Part shown: piece by piece, positions 41,043 through 51,600 of the stretch
How positions within the stretch are numbered: the first letter of the stretch is position 1
Layout: each line of letters opens with the position of its first letter
Assembly (NCBI GenBank): GCA_963813155.1
Contig: CAWEYG010000001.1
Span: 79,058-143,057 of the forward strand
Direction of reading: 5' to 3'
Length of the DNA stretch: 64,000 nucleotides
DNA from: an uncultured Acidobacteriota bacterium
GTDB lineage: Bacteria; Acidobacteriota; Thermoanaerobaculia; UBA5066; DATFVB01
Position numbers and translations under genes: made by a program
The notes under the pieces: model-generated
Database searches by the model: none
What the model was told of the DNA's origin: nothing
The model's input: only the letters and a program-made list of their open reading frames with translations

Positions 41043-42203
41043 ATGACGATCAAGAACATCGGTCTCGCAGGGCTCTTCGCCGCGACGCTCTTCTATGCGG
41101 CCGGCTGCGCGAGCACCCGGGGGGAATCGCCGGTTCTCCGCGACGCGAGGTTGGCGCTTCAGGACGCGCGCGACGCGGGCGCAGCCCAGGCCTCCCCCGA
41201 CCTGTTCAATCGGGCGTCGAGCGATCTCGCCTCCGCCCAGAGGGAATGGAACTCGGGCCACGAAGATCTGGCGATGCACTACGCTCAGCTTGCCGACAGC
41301 GAAGCGCGCAACGCCGAATTCCGAGCGAAGGGACTTCGCGCGCAGGCGGCCCTGGACGAACAGAGGAGCCGCCGCGCCCAGCTCGAGGCGTCCCTGCACG
41401 AGACCGAACAGCGCCTGATCGCGCAGCGCGCGCGGTCCGAAGAGGAGCGTCACCGGCTGGAAGCCGAGCTGCAGGCGCGCGAAGACCAGGCGCGACTGCA
41501 ATCGGAGGCGCAGGCCCGCGAGGCAGCCCAGAGGGCGGCCGAAGAGCGCCAGAAGGTCCTTCAGGCCCAGCTCGAAGCCGAACGGGCCCGGTCGGCGGAG
41601 CAGCAGCGACAGGCCGAGATTGACTCGCTGAAGGCGCAGCTCGACGAGCAGACGCAGGCCGCGGAAGCGGCGCGAAAAGCGGCCGCGGACCAGAATGCGA
41701 GACTCGAAGACGCCCGGCGGCAGGAGGAAGAACGGCGAAAGACGGCCGAAGAAGCGACCCGGAGACAGGCCTCGACCCAGAAAGGCCTTCTTGCCCGGCT
41801 TCAGGAGCTCGAGAAATCCACCCGCGTTGAGGCGCGAGGAATCGTCGTCACGCTCCCGGGCAGCATCTACTTCGCGACGAATCGAGCCGACTTGCAGCCG
41901 GCCGTCCGGGAGCGGCTGGCCGACATTGGAAGGGCGCTTGCGGCCGCGTCCGACCGTCACATCCTGATCGAAGGACACACCGACTCGACCGGCCGTGCCG
42001 CCTACAACCTCCAGCTCTCCGCGCTGCGCGCCGAATCCGTCAAGGCGGTCCTCGTCGGCAACGGGGTAACTCCCGAGCGCATCGAAACCCACGGGTACGG
42101 TTCGACGAAGCCCGTGACGGACAACGCGACGGCCTCCGGCCGGAGCCAGAACCGGCGCGTCGAAATCGTCGTCCAGGGGGAATCGGCAGCCGCGCGTCCG
42201 TAA
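41043..42203 (+). CDS. OmpA-family lipoprotein with DUF4398-like N-terminal region and long coiled coil
   Basis: Lipobox FYAAGC. About 200-aa Q/E/R/A-rich coiled coil. C-terminal OmpA/MotB peptidoglycan-binding domain (ILIEGHTDSTGRAAYNLQLSALRAESVKAVL..NRRVEIVV). Confidence 0.85.
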   Translation: MTIKNIGLAGLFAATLFYAAGCASTRGESPVLRDARLALQDARDAGAAQASPDLFNRASSDLASAQREWNSGHEDLAMHYAQLADSEARNAEFRAKGLRAQAALDEQRSRRAQLEASLHETEQRLIAQRARSEEERHRLEAELQAREDQARLQSEAQAREAAQRAAEERQKVLQAQLEAERARSAEQQRQAEIDSLKAQLDEQTQAAEAARKAAADQNARLEDARRQEEERRKTAEEATRRQASTQKGLLARLQELEKSTRVEARGIVVTLPGSIYFATNRADLQPAVRERLADIGRALAAASDRHILIEGHTDSTGRAAYNLQLSALRAESVKAVLVGNGVTPERIETHGYGSTKPVTDNATASGRSQNRRVEIVVQGESAAARP

Positions 42204-42233
42204 ACGGCCCTCGTTCTCCCGCGCGCCCGAGAA

Positions 42234-43265
42234 ATGCGACAATCGAGCGTGTTCTCAGCCCCGCTCGCCGAGACGGCCCGCTCGAACCTGAAATCCGTGA
42301 TTCGGGACGCCGTACGGCATCCCCCCGATTGCCCGGCGCTCCTCGTCTTCGATCGCGATTCGCCGCTGGCAAGGCTCCTGGCGACGGCCTACGAGACCGC
42401 CCTGCCGGAAGCGCGGGCCATCGAGTTCTCCGAAACGAAGAGCGACGAGGTTCTCGGAGCGGCGGCCGCGCTCTCCCCCGGCGACCTCGTCGTTCTCGTG
42501 GAGTCTTCCCGATTCCCGCTCGCCGCCCACCGCTTTCGGGTGGAACTGTTCGAGAAGGGCCTGAAAGTCATCGAGCATCCGCACCTGGGCCGAATCCAGG
42601 ACTCCGAGCTCGCCGCTTACGTCGATTCGCTGGCCTACGACGCGACATACTATCGGGCTGTCGGGCCCGAATTGAAAAGGCGCATCGACCGCGCGACGGG
42701 CGCGAAGCTCGTGGGGGCCTCGGGTCCGCTCGTCTACGACGGCCCGCTGGAAGCCGCGAAGCTCAACATCGGCGACTACACCGGCCAGGTCAATATCGGC
42801 GGCCAGTTCCCGATCGGAGAGGTTTTCACGGAGTCCCGGGACCTCGCGAGCGTCTCCGGAACGGTCGAGCTCTTCGCGTTCGGCGCGGCCGACTTCTCGG
42901 TTGTCGCGCCCGAATCGCCCATCCGGCTGCGGATCGAGGCCGGAAGAATCGCGGCCGCGGAAAGTGCTCCTCGGGATTTCGATTCGATTCTAGCCGAGAT
43001 CCGTGACAGTGAAGGCGAGGTCTGGCTGCGCGAGCTCGGCTTCGGGATGAACCGGGCGTTCACGCGGGAGCGGCGCGTCTCGGACGTCGGCTCGTACGAG
43101 AGGATGTGCGGCATCCACCTCTCGCTCGGGGCCAAGCATGCGATCTACGCGAAACCCGGCTTCTCGAAACGTCGCGTGAAGTACCACGTCGACGTCTTCG
43201 CGGCCGTGGAGCGCGCGGAGATCGATGGCGAGACTGTATACGCGGACGGGAAGTACGTGGTCTGA
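42234..43265 (+). CDS. hypothetical protein (343 aa); weak resemblance to M29-family aminopeptidase C-terminal region
   Basis: Complete ORF with no TM or signal peptide. C-terminal IHLSLGAKH...YHVDVF is reminiscent of the metal-binding motifs of thermophilic aminopeptidases. Low certainty. Confidence 0.45.
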   Translation: MRQSSVFSAPLAETARSNLKSVIRDAVRHPPDCPALLVFDRDSPLARLLATAYETALPEARAIEFSETKSDEVLGAAAALSPGDLVVLVESSRFPLAAHRFRVELFEKGLKVIEHPHLGRIQDSELAAYVDSLAYDATYYRAVGPELKRRIDRATGAKLVGASGPLVYDGPLEAAKLNIGDYTGQVNIGGQFPIGEVFTESRDLASVSGTVELFAFGAADFSVVAPESPIRLRIEAGRIAAAESAPRDFDSILAEIRDSEGEVWLRELGFGMNRAFTRERRVSDVGSYERMCGIHLSLGAKHAIYAKPGFSKRRVKYHVDVFAAVERAEIDGETVYADGKYVV

Positions 43266-43277
43266 AGCTCTCGCTCG

Positions 43278-43410
43278 GTCCGCGAGAGCGCGGGTGGCCC
43301 GGGGCGAGACTCCCTTTTGCCGCTCGCGACGCGGGTATAGCAAAGTCTTCAGGCTCGCGGCGAGCGGAAAAGAGGAGCGAGTCCCGCGACAGGACCCGCG
43401 CTCGAGCGGA
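43278..43410 (+). repeat. palindromic intergenic repeat, copy 1 of 3 (about 130 bp, REP/MITE-like)
   Basis: Shares about 85-90% identity over about 125 nt with 44681..44812 (same orientation) and 63702..63828 (inverted). Conserved core GGGTGGCCCGGG..GGAGA.CCCTTTTGCCGCTCGCG.CGCGG...TAGCAAAGTC...CGC.GCGAGCGGAAAAG.GG.CGAGTCCCG.GACAGGACCCGC. Arms are mutually complementary (long imperfect hairpin). Confidence 0.8.
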
Positions 43411-43425
43411 TATGATTTCGGTCGT

Positions 43426-44136
43426 ATGCGCCTCTTCGTCGGCACGAGCGGGTACAGTTACAAACCGTGGAAGGGCAAGTTCTACCCGGAAGACCTTCCG
43501 GCCAGCGAGTGGCTCTCCTATTACGCCGCGCGTTTCTCGACGGTCGAGATCAACAACACGTTCTATCGCGTTCCCAAACCCGAGGTCTTCGAGGGATGGG
43601 CCAAGCAGGTGCCCGAGGATTTCCGATTCGCGGTGAAGGCGACTCGCCGGATCACCCACATCAAGCGGCTCAAGAACGTGGAGGAAGAGACCGCCTTCTT
43701 CCTTCGCGCCGCCGCCTCGCTCGGCGACCGGCTCGGCATCGTCCTGTTTCAGCTTCCCCCGAACCTGAAGAAGGACATGGACCGTCTTCGCGCCTTCCTC
43801 GCGCTGCTGCCTCCCACGGGCCGGTTCGCGCTCGAATTCCGGGAGCCATCCTGGTTCGACGAGGAGGTCTATTCGGAGCTTCGCGATCGCCGGTGCGCGC
43901 TCTGCGCGGCGGACACCGACGAGCTTCCGCTCGAAGAAATCGTCTCGACCGCGCCGTTCGGATACCTGCGCCTTCGCCGCGCCGAATACGGCGACGCCGA
44001 TTTGAAGAAGTGGGCCGACCGGATCCGCGCCCAGAACTGGGACCCGGCGTGGCTCTTCTTCAAGCACGAGGACGAGGGCCTGGGACCGAAATTCGCGCTG
44101 CGCCTGCTGGAGCTGTCCGGGGCGAAACCCGCCTGA
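43426..44136 (+). CDS. DUF72 family protein (YecE-like)
   Basis: [21 protein letters not shown]...[17 protein letters not shown]...VLFQLPPN, canonical DUF72 motifs. The track start at 43225 lies inside the repeat. ATG 43426 is more likely. Confidence 0.8.
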   Translation: MRLFVGTSGYSYKPWKGKFYPEDLPASEWLSYYAARFSTVEINNTFYRVPKPEVFEGWAKQVPEDFRFAVKATRRITHIKRLKNVEEETAFFLRAAASLGDRLGIVLFQLPPNLKKDMDRLRAFLALLPPTGRFALEFREPSWFDEEVYSELRDRRCALCAADTDELPLEEIVSTAPFGYLRLRRAEYGDADLKKWADRIRAQNWDPAWLFFKHEDEGLGPKFALRLLELSGAKPA

Positions 44137-44203
44137 CGCGCGCGGCATCGAATCCCGCGTCGCGGTGTGGCATCATCGCGGAGGATTCGGAGGAGGACGA
44201 GCC

Positions 44204-44674
44204 ATGGAAAAAGCGACTTTTGCGGCCGGGTGCTTCTGGGGCGTCGAAGCCGCGTTTCGGCAGGTCGAAGGCGTCGCGGCGACGGCGGTCGGATATTCGG
44301 GCGGCCACGTTCCGAACGCGACGTACAAACAGGTGTGTTCCGGAGACACCGGCCACGCCGAGGTCGTGCAGGTCGAATTCGACCCGGCGAAGGTCTCCTA
44401 CGACCAGCTCCTGAACGTCTTCTGGGAGAACCACGATCCCACGACGCTGAACCGCCAGGGACCGGACGTCGGCGAGCAATACCGTTCTGCAATCTTCTTC
44501 CACACTCCGGAGCAGCAGGCGGCCGCGATCGCGTCGAAAGAGAAGCTGCAGGCGAGCGGGAAGCTCAAACGCCCGATCGTCACGGAGATCACGCCGGCGT
44601 CGGACTTCTTCAAGGCCGAGGACTACCACCAGCAATACCTGGAGAAGCGCGGCCTCGCGCACTGCAGGATCTAG
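44204..44674 (+). CDS. msrA: peptide-methionine (S)-S-oxide reductase MsrA
   Basis: [15 protein letters not shown] active site. GYSGG. RSAIFFH. DYHQQYL. RBS AGGAGGA. Confidence 0.95.
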   Translation: MEKATFAAGCFWGVEAAFRQVEGVAATAVGYSGGHVPNATYKQVCSGDTGHAEVVQVEFDPAKVSYDQLLNVFWENHDPTTLNRQGPDVGEQYRSAIFFHTPEQQAAAIASKEKLQASGKLKRPIVTEITPASDFFKAEDYHQQYLEKRGLAHCRI

Positions 44675-44680
44675 GGCTGA

Positions 44681-44812
44681 CCCGGCGAAGCGGGCGGGTG
44701 GCCCGGGAGGAGACCCCTTTTGCCGCTCGCGGCGCGGAGTCGTAGCAAAGTCCTCAATCGCAGCGAGCGGAAAAGTGGGTCGAGTCCCGTGACAGGACCC
44801 GCCCGCTCGACC
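44681..44812 (+). repeat. palindromic intergenic repeat, copy 2 of 3
   Basis: Between the convergent msrA and cysK 3' ends. See copy 1. Confidence 0.8.
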
Positions 44813-44816
44813 TCGA

Positions 44817-45767
44817 CTACCCCAGCGCTTCGTTCTCTTCCTTGAAAAGGTCCGTCGAGATGTAGCGCTCCGAGGTCGACGCGAGGATGCAGACGATCAG
44901 CTTGCCCTTGTTTTCCGGCTTCTTCGCGAGCTCGACCGCCGCGTGCGCCGCCGCGCCGGAGGAGATTCCTCCGAGGATTCCCTCCTCGCGCGCGAGGCGC
45001 CTCGCCATCACCATCGCCTGGTCGGAGGACACCGCGAAAGTCCCATCGACGTATTTCATGTCGAGGTTCTTCGGAATCATGCCCGTCCCGATGCCCTGAA
45101 TCTTGTGTTTGGTGTGCGTTCCGCCCGCGATGACGGGAGATTCGGCGGGCTCCACGGCGATCATTTTCACCGTCGGGCGCCATTCCTTCCAGACGCGGCC
45201 AACGCCGGTGAACGTCCCGCCCGTGCCCACGCCGGCCACGAAGATGTCCATCTGGCCGTCCGTATCGTTCCAGAGCTCCATCGCGGTCGTCCGCTCGTGA
45301 ATCTCCGGATTGGCCGGGTTCTCGAACTGCTGGGGAATGACGCCGCCGCGCTCCTTCGCGATCTCTTCCGCCTTCGCGATCGCGGCCTTGATGCCCTCGG
45401 CGCCCGGAGTCAGGACGACCTCCGCCCCGAGGAATTTCAGGACCTTGATTCGCTCTTTCGACATCGTGTCCGGCATGATCAGAACGCAGCTGTACCCGCG
45501 CTGCGCCGCGACCATCGCGAGCGAGATTCCCGTGTTCCCGCTCGTCGGCTCGACGATCGTGCTCCTGGAGGCGTTGCGGGGATCGAGTTTCCCCTGCCGC
45601 TCGAGAGCGCGGACCATCGCGACCCCGATCCGGTCCTTCACCGAGTTGGCCGGGTTGAAGAACTCGAGCTTCGCGGCCACTGTCGCTTCCGCGCCCGCGG
45701 TAACCCGGTTGAGCCGGACGAGCGGGGTGTTCCCGATCAACTTCGTGATGTCGCTGGCGATTCTCAT
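44817..45767 (-). CDS. cysK: cysteine synthase A (O-acetylserine sulfhydrylase)
   Basis: PLP lysine motif [30 protein letters not shown]. 316 aa. Confidence 0.9.
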   Translation of the reverse strand: MRIASDITKLIGNTPLVRLNRVTAGAEATVAAKLEFFNPANSVKDRIGVAMVRALERQGKLDPRNASRSTIVEPTSGNTGISLAMVAAQRGYSCVLIMPDTMSKERIKVLKFLGAEVVLTPGAEGIKAAIAKAEEIAKERGGVIPQQFENPANPEIHERTTAMELWNDTDGQMDIFVAGVGTGGTFTGVGRVWKEWRPTVKMIAVEPAESPVIAGGTHTKHKIQGIGTGMIPKNLDMKYVDGTFAVSSDQAMVMARRLAREEGILGGISSGAAAHAAVELAKKPENKGKLIVCILASTSERYISTDLFKEENEALG

Positions 45768-45839
45768 TCTGCTTCTCCCATGAAACCGAGCATAAGGGAC
45801 GCTCGACGATTGTCAAGCCGCGTATACTCGGCCCCGAAG

Positions 45840-47495
45840 ATGGCGAGAAAACTCGATCGGCGATCGCTTCTTCGGTATGGCGCTCTGGGAGGCGCGCTCG
45901 CCGCCGTGGCTCCGGCGCTGTCGCGCGCCGAACGCCCGGGAACGGCCGCGGAGAGTCCGGCTCCCCCGTTCGAGCTCGAAGAGGCGACGATCGACGAGCT
46001 TCAGAGACGGATGCAGGCCGGCCAGTCCTCGGCTCGATCGATCGCCCAGGATTACCTGACGCGCATCGATTCCCTCGACCGGCGGGGCCCTTCCCTTCGC
46101 TCCGTTCTGGAGATGAACCCGGAAGCCGTCTCGATCGCCGAATCTCTCGACGCGGAGCGAAAGGCGGGGAACGTTCGCGGCCCCCTGCACGGAATCCCGA
46201 TTCTCCTGAAAGACAACGTCGCGACGGCCGATCAGATGTCGAGCGCGGCCGGTTCGCTCGCGCTCGACGGCGTTCGCGCCCCGCGCGACTCCTTCGTCGC
46301 GAGACGCCTCCGCGAGGCCGGCGCCGTCCTCCTGGGAAAGACGAACCTGTCGGAATGGGCGAACTTCCGTTCGACGCACTCCTCGAGCGGTTGGAGCGGC
46401 CGGGGAGGCCAGTGCCTCAACCCGTACGCGCTCGACCGGACGCCCTCGGGCTCCAGCTCCGGTTCGGGAGCGGCCATCGCGGCGAACCTCGCGGCCGCCG
46501 CGGTCGGCACCGAAACGGACGGCTCGATCGTTTCTCCCTCGAACAACAACGCTCTCGTCGGCGTGAAACCGACGGTCGGTCTTCTCTCCCGAGCGGGGAT
46601 CGTCCCGATCTCCCACAGCCAGGACACTCCGGGGCCCATGTGCCGAACCGTCCGGGATGCCGCAATTCTCCTGACGGCCCTTGCCGGCATCGATCCCGAC
46701 GATTCCGCCACGGCTCAAAGCGCCGGAAAATCCATTCCGGACTATGCGGCCGGCCTCGACGAGAACGGGCTGAAGGGCGCGCGAATCGGGATCGCCCGGA
46801 AATCGCTGTACGGCTACAGCCCCGCGGCGGACCGGCTCGCGGAAGCGGCGATCGACGTCCTCAAGGGCCTCGGCGCAGTCGTCGTGGACCCCGCGGACAT
46901 CGAGACGGTCGACGACTTCGGGAAGAGCGAGTTCGAGGTCCTCCTCTACGAGTTCAAGGCGGACCTGAACGCCTACCTCGCCGCCCTCGGATCCGGCGCG
47001 CCGGTCCATTCGTTGAAGGAGGTCATCGCGTTCAACGAGAAGAATCGGGCCCGGGAGATGCCGTTCTTCGGCCAGGAAATCTTCGAGAAGGCGGAGGCGA
47101 AAGGGCCCCTGACCGACAAGGCCTATCGAAAGGCGCTCGAAAGCGACACGAAGGGCGCGCGGCAGAAAGGCATCGACGCGGTGATGGACAAGCATCGCCT
47201 CGACGCGCTCGTCGCGCCCACGGGCGCCCCCGCTTCCCTCATCGACCTCGTGAACGGAGACTACGGCTCCGGGGGGAGCTCGACGGTCCCGGCCGTCGCG
47301 GGGTACCCGCACGTGACCGTTCCGATGGGCTTCGCGTACGGCCTGCCGGTCGGGCTCTCGTTCTTCGGAAGAGCGTGGAGCGAAGCGAAGCTCCTGAAAT
47401 TCGCCTACGCCTTCGAGCAGGCCACGAAACACCGGAAGCCTCCGAAGTTCTTGACGACAGCGGACCTGACACTGGTCTCGAAAGGAGTCTCATGA
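45840..47495 (+). CDS. amidase-signature family amidase with Tat signal peptide
   Basis: RRSLLRYGALGGALAAVAPALS twin-arginine leader. AS signature GGSSSGSGAAIAANLAAAAVGTETDGSIVSPS with the Ser-cisSer-Lys context (LLKDN). Confidence 0.85.
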   Translation: MARKLDRRSLLRYGALGGALAAVAPALSRAERPGTAAESPAPPFELEEATIDELQRRMQAGQSSARSIAQDYLTRIDSLDRRGPSLRSVLEMNPEAVSIAESLDAERKAGNVRGPLHGIPILLKDNVATADQMSSAAGSLALDGVRAPRDSFVARRLREAGAVLLGKTNLSEWANFRSTHSSSGWSGRGGQCLNPYALDRTPSGSSSGSGAAIAANLAAAAVGTETDGSIVSPSNNNALVGVKPTVGLLSRAGIVPISHSQDTPGPMCRTVRDAAILLTALAGIDPDDSATAQSAGKSIPDYAAGLDENGLKGARIGIARKSLYGYSPAADRLAEAAIDVLKGLGAVVVDPADIETVDDFGKSEFEVLLYEFKADLNAYLAALGSGAPVHSLKEVIAFNEKNRAREMPFFGQEIFEKAEAKGPLTDKAYRKALESDTKGARQKGIDAVMDKHRLDALVAPTGAPASLIDLVNGDYGSGGSSTVPAVAGYPHVTVPMGFAYGLPVGLSFFGRAWSEAKLLKFAYAFEQATKHRKPPKFLTTADLTLVSKGVS

Positions 47496-47977
47496 ACACC
47501 CGCGAGTACTACGCCCAATGCTTCAAGGCGGAGAAGCCGAAATTCCTCCGCGTTCTCCAGGCCATTCCGCCGGACAAAGCCTCCTACCGCCCCCATCCGA
47601 AGAACAACGGCGCCGGCGACATCGCGTGGCTGCTCGCGAGCGAGCTCGCGGACGCCTGCGAGGTCGTCGACCATGGCCAGGTCGACTTCGTCCTGAAGCC
47701 GACTCCCGCGACGGTCGCCGAATCGGTCGCGGCCTTCGAGAAAAACGCGAACGAGCTCGAACGCCGCCTCCCGAAACTCGACGACGCCGCCTGGGAAAAG
47801 AAGGCGAAATTCCTCGTGGACGGAAACGTCGCGTGGGAAACGACGCTCGGAGACATGCTGTTCGGATTTCTCTTCGACGCGATCCACCACCGCGGCCAGC
47901 TCTCGGCGTACCTGAGGCCGATGGGCGCGAAGGTGCCCTCGATCTACGGGCCGTCCGCCGACGACCCGGGGGCGTGA
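47492..47977 (+). CDS. DinB-family (DinB_2/DUF664-like) protein
   Basis: 161 aa. His-containing four-helix bundle motifs (AWLLASELAD...DAIHHRGQLSAYLR). ATG overlaps the amidase stop. Confidence 0.6.
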   Translation: MNTREYYAQCFKAEKPKFLRVLQAIPPDKASYRPHPKNNGAGDIAWLLASELADACEVVDHGQVDFVLKPTPATVAESVAAFEKNANELERRLPKLDDAAWEKKAKFLVDGNVAWETTLGDMLFGFLFDAIHHRGQLSAYLRPMGAKVPSIYGPSADDPGA

Positions 47978-47984
47978 TCGCGCC

Positions 47985-48422
47985 CTAGTTGTTCGAGATA
48001 TTCGACTTCGACTTGACGATCGCCACGCTGACCGGCTGCGCGCCGTCGGAGTCGAATGAGATGTTCTCCGACGTCCGGCCGCTCCACTCCCGCGTGATCC
48101 GTCCTCCTGCCGTGCCGGTCACGGTGACGGTACACGCCTCGCCGGCTTTGGCGTCGCGAGGCGTGAGCGTAATCGTGTACGAGCCCTTTTCGATTTTGCC
48201 GAAATCGGCCTTTCCCTTGTCGTCGGTGGTGCGCGTGTCGGCAGTCGTGCGCGCGGCGGCCCCTCCGCCGGAGCCTTTTCCGAGCTTCACGTCCACTCCC
48301 TTGAGCGGCGCGCCGGCAAAGGCAACGGAAGCAGCCAGTGCCGTGACGCCGACGGCGAACCTCGCCAGATTTCCGAACGAATTCTTCCCCGGGAGACTCG
48401 TCATCCTCATCGCGTTCCTCAT
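47985..48422 (-). CDS. secreted protein with transthyretin/carboxypeptidase-regulatory-like beta-sandwich domain
   Basis: Signal peptide MRNAMRMTSLPGKNSFGNLARFAVGVTALAASVAFA. VDVKLGKG...TTDDKGKADFGKIEKGSYTITLTP. RBS GGAG 5 nt upstream of ATG 48422. Confidence 0.6.
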   Translation of the reverse strand: MRNAMRMTSLPGKNSFGNLARFAVGVTALAASVAFAGAPLKGVDVKLGKGSGGGAAARTTADTRTTDDKGKADFGKIEKGSYTITLTPRDAKAGEACTVTVTGTAGGRITREWSGRTSENISFDSDGAQPVSVAIVKSKSNISNN

Positions 48423-48604
48423 GTCACTCCTCTCTGGAATCGCATGAACAATAACTCCCGCTAGCGCGCGGATCAACAACGCGCGGGAGAAACCGCGACG
48501 TCTACGAGCTGTGGCCGTCAGCATTTGCGGCGAGTCGCTCAACTCTGGATTTTACCCGAGCGGTCTCGCGTCGCGCCCCGATCTGGCCGAGCTTTTGCTG
48601 TAAG

Positions 48605-51600
48605 GTGAACAGGGAAAACATGCCTTTTTCGAGACGCGCGAAACTCTGGAGCCACCTGGGGAAGGAACAGCCGATCCGGGCGGAGCTGTACGGACGCGAG
48701 CGTCTGGACGCCGAAGCGGCTCGACTGGCGTCCGCCCACCTCGGCAGCCTTCGGGCGGGGGGGAGAGGCCCGATGCGGGGCCGCCTCGAGGAGAACGACC
48801 GCCAGCTCCGGATGATTCACGCGTCGATCGTCGCGGGGGCCAAGCGCGGCGAGACCATCTCTCCGGCTGCCGAATGGTTCCTCGACAATTTCCATCTCGT
48901 CCTCGACCAGGTCCGCGAAGTCCGTCAGGACTTTCCCGCGCACTACGAGCGGGAGCTTCCGCACCTTACCCGGGGAGAGCTCGGCGGTTACCCGCGCGTC
49001 TACTCGATCGCCACAACGCTCGTCGCCCACACCGACAGCAGCCCCGACATGGAGACGCTCAAGAATTTCCTCGACGCGTACCAGGCGGTCTCTCCGCTGT
49101 CGATCGGCGAGCTGTGGGCGATTGCCGTCGCGCTCCGCGTCGCGCTGATCGAGAACCTCAGGCGCCTCGCCGGCCGCATGGAAGTCGCGCGGCGCGAGCG
49201 CGCAAAGGCCGACGCCCTCACCGAACGGGTGCTGTCGGCGCTCGAAACGGCGACCGGCCTTCCGGAGCGGGAGGCGATCGCCGAAGCCGTGTTGAAGGCT
49301 CCCGAACGGCGAGAGTTGAGAATCAATCAAACGTTTGCCGTGCGCCTCATTCAGCGCCTCCGAGACGTCGATCCGTCGCTCTCGACGGTACACCGGTGGA
49401 TCGAAGAAGGCCTCGCGGCCCAGGGACTCACGGTCGAAAGCGCGGTGCTGGCCGAGCACCAGAGGCAGACGACCGCGCAGGCGACGATCGCGAACATCAT
49501 TTCGAGCATGCGGCTCTTCTCGCAGGCCGCATGGCCGGATTTCGTGGAGTCTGTCAGCGCCGCCGAGCGGGTGCTCGAGGAGGACCCGGCGGGAGCCTAT
49601 CCGCACCAGGATTTCGAGACCCGGGACCGCTACCGGCACGTCCTCGAAGCGCTCGGGAACAGGGATGGCGCGCGCGAGCTGGCCGCCGCGCGCCGCGCCG
49701 TGGAGCTGGCGAGCGAGGGAGCCGCGCCCCGCGAACGCCACGTCGGCCACTACCTCGTGGACGCCGGCCGTCCGATCCTCGAGCGCGAGCTGGGCGTGCG
49801 CCCCGGGCTCGCGGCTGCCACCCGCCGTCTCGTCCTTCGCTCCCCTGCGGCGTTCTACATCGGGTCGATTCTCCTGATCACCGCGGCGATGGAGGCGATT
49901 GCAGGCGCCTACGTCCGGGCCCACGGAGCGGGCTGGACGATGCTCGCCGTGTCTCTCCTCCTGTCCCTGATCCCGGGAACGGAGCTCGCGCTCTCGATCG
50001 TGAATTTTTCCGTCAACTTCCTGATTCCTCCCCGCCGGCTTCCGAAGCTCAAATGGCGCGACGGCATCCCGGAGGACTTCCAGACGCTCGTCGCGGTCCC
50101 GTCTTTTCTCGGCGACGAGGAGGAAATCCGCGAGCTTCTGTCTTCACTCGAAATCCGCTCCTACGCCAACCCCGACCCGAACCTCCGCTTTGCTCTCCTG
50201 ACCGACTTCGGGGACGCGGACACGGAGACACTGCCGGACGAAGACCGGCGTCTTCAGCTGGCCGAGGACGGAATCCGGGATCTCAACTCCCGGGCCTCAT
50301 CGCCCGGGCGATTCTGGCTTCTCCACCGAAAGCGGCTGTGGAACGCGGCGGAGGGGAAGTGGATGGGGTGGGAGCGAAAACGCGGAAAACTGACGGAGCT
50401 CAACCGCCTCCTTCGCGGCCGCGGACCCACGAGTTTCGAGGTCGTGACCGCCGAACCGGCTGCCCTGGCGAAAATCCGGTTCGTTCTCACGCTCGACGCC
50501 GACACGCGGCTTCCCCGGGAGTCCGCGAGCGCGCTCGTGGGGACCCTCGCGCACCCGCTGAACCTTCCGCGGTCGGATGCGAAGACCGGGCGCGTCGTCG
50601 CGGGCTGCTCGATCGTCCAACCGCGCGTCTCCATCACTCCGGAAAGCGCGAATCGCTCTCCGTTCGCCCAGATCTCCTCCGGCCACGCGGGGATCGACCC
50701 CTACACGACCGCCGTCTCCAACGTCTACCAGGACCTCTTCGGCGAGGGCAGCTTCACCGGAAAAGCAATTTACGACGTGGACGCGTTCGAGTCCGCGCTC
50801 GCCGGGCGAATCCCGGAAAACGCGATCCTCTCGCACGACCTGCTCGAGGGCTGTCTCGCCGGCTCGGCTCTCGCAACCGACATCGAGATCTTCGAAGACC
50901 ATCCCTCGTCCTACGACGTCTACACGCGCCGGCAGCACCGCTGGATCCGCGGAGACTGGCAGATCGCCCGGTGGCTCGGCCGCAGTGTGCCGATGGAAAG
51001 AGGAATCGAGGCGAACCCGCTTTCGGCAATTTCCCGATGGAAGATCCTCGACAACTTGAGGCGGAGCCTCCTCGCACCGGCCCTTTTCCTCTGGCTCGCC
51101 GCCGCCTGGCTCTTCCTCCCGGGCTCTCCCTTTTTCTGGACGACTCTCGCGATGTCCGCGATCGCTTTCCCGATCATCTTTCATCTCGCCGAAGGCCTCA
51201 CCATCCACGCCCGGGGCGTTCCCTGGACGAGCCAGTTCTGGAGCGTCTGGGGAGATCTGCTGGACAATTGCGCGCAGTTCGCGCTTCGCGTCGCCTTCCT
51301 TCCCCACCTTGCGGAGGTTTCGATCGACGCCGCCAGCCGGGCCCTTTTCCGGCAGCTGATCTCCCACCGGCGACTCCTGGAGTGGACGACGGCGGCCGCC
51401 GCCGAAAAGGACCGCGTCTCCTCGGTCGCCGGCTACGCAAGGCGAATGGGGAGAAGCTGGGTGGTGTCCGCAGCGCTCGCCGGGGCGATCGTGGCGATCG
51501 CCCCGCGCCACCTGCCGGCCGCCGCCGGGTTCCTCCTCCTCTGGCTGATCTCGCCGGCGCTCGCCGCGGGCGTGAGCCGGCCGATTCGCCGGGAGCGACG

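Noticed and set aside
45768-45839. TTGTCA...TATACT-like sequence in the cysK/amidase divergent region as a sigma70 promoter
   Set aside because: The spacer between the candidate -35 and -10 is only about 7 nt, incompatible with sigma70 geometry.
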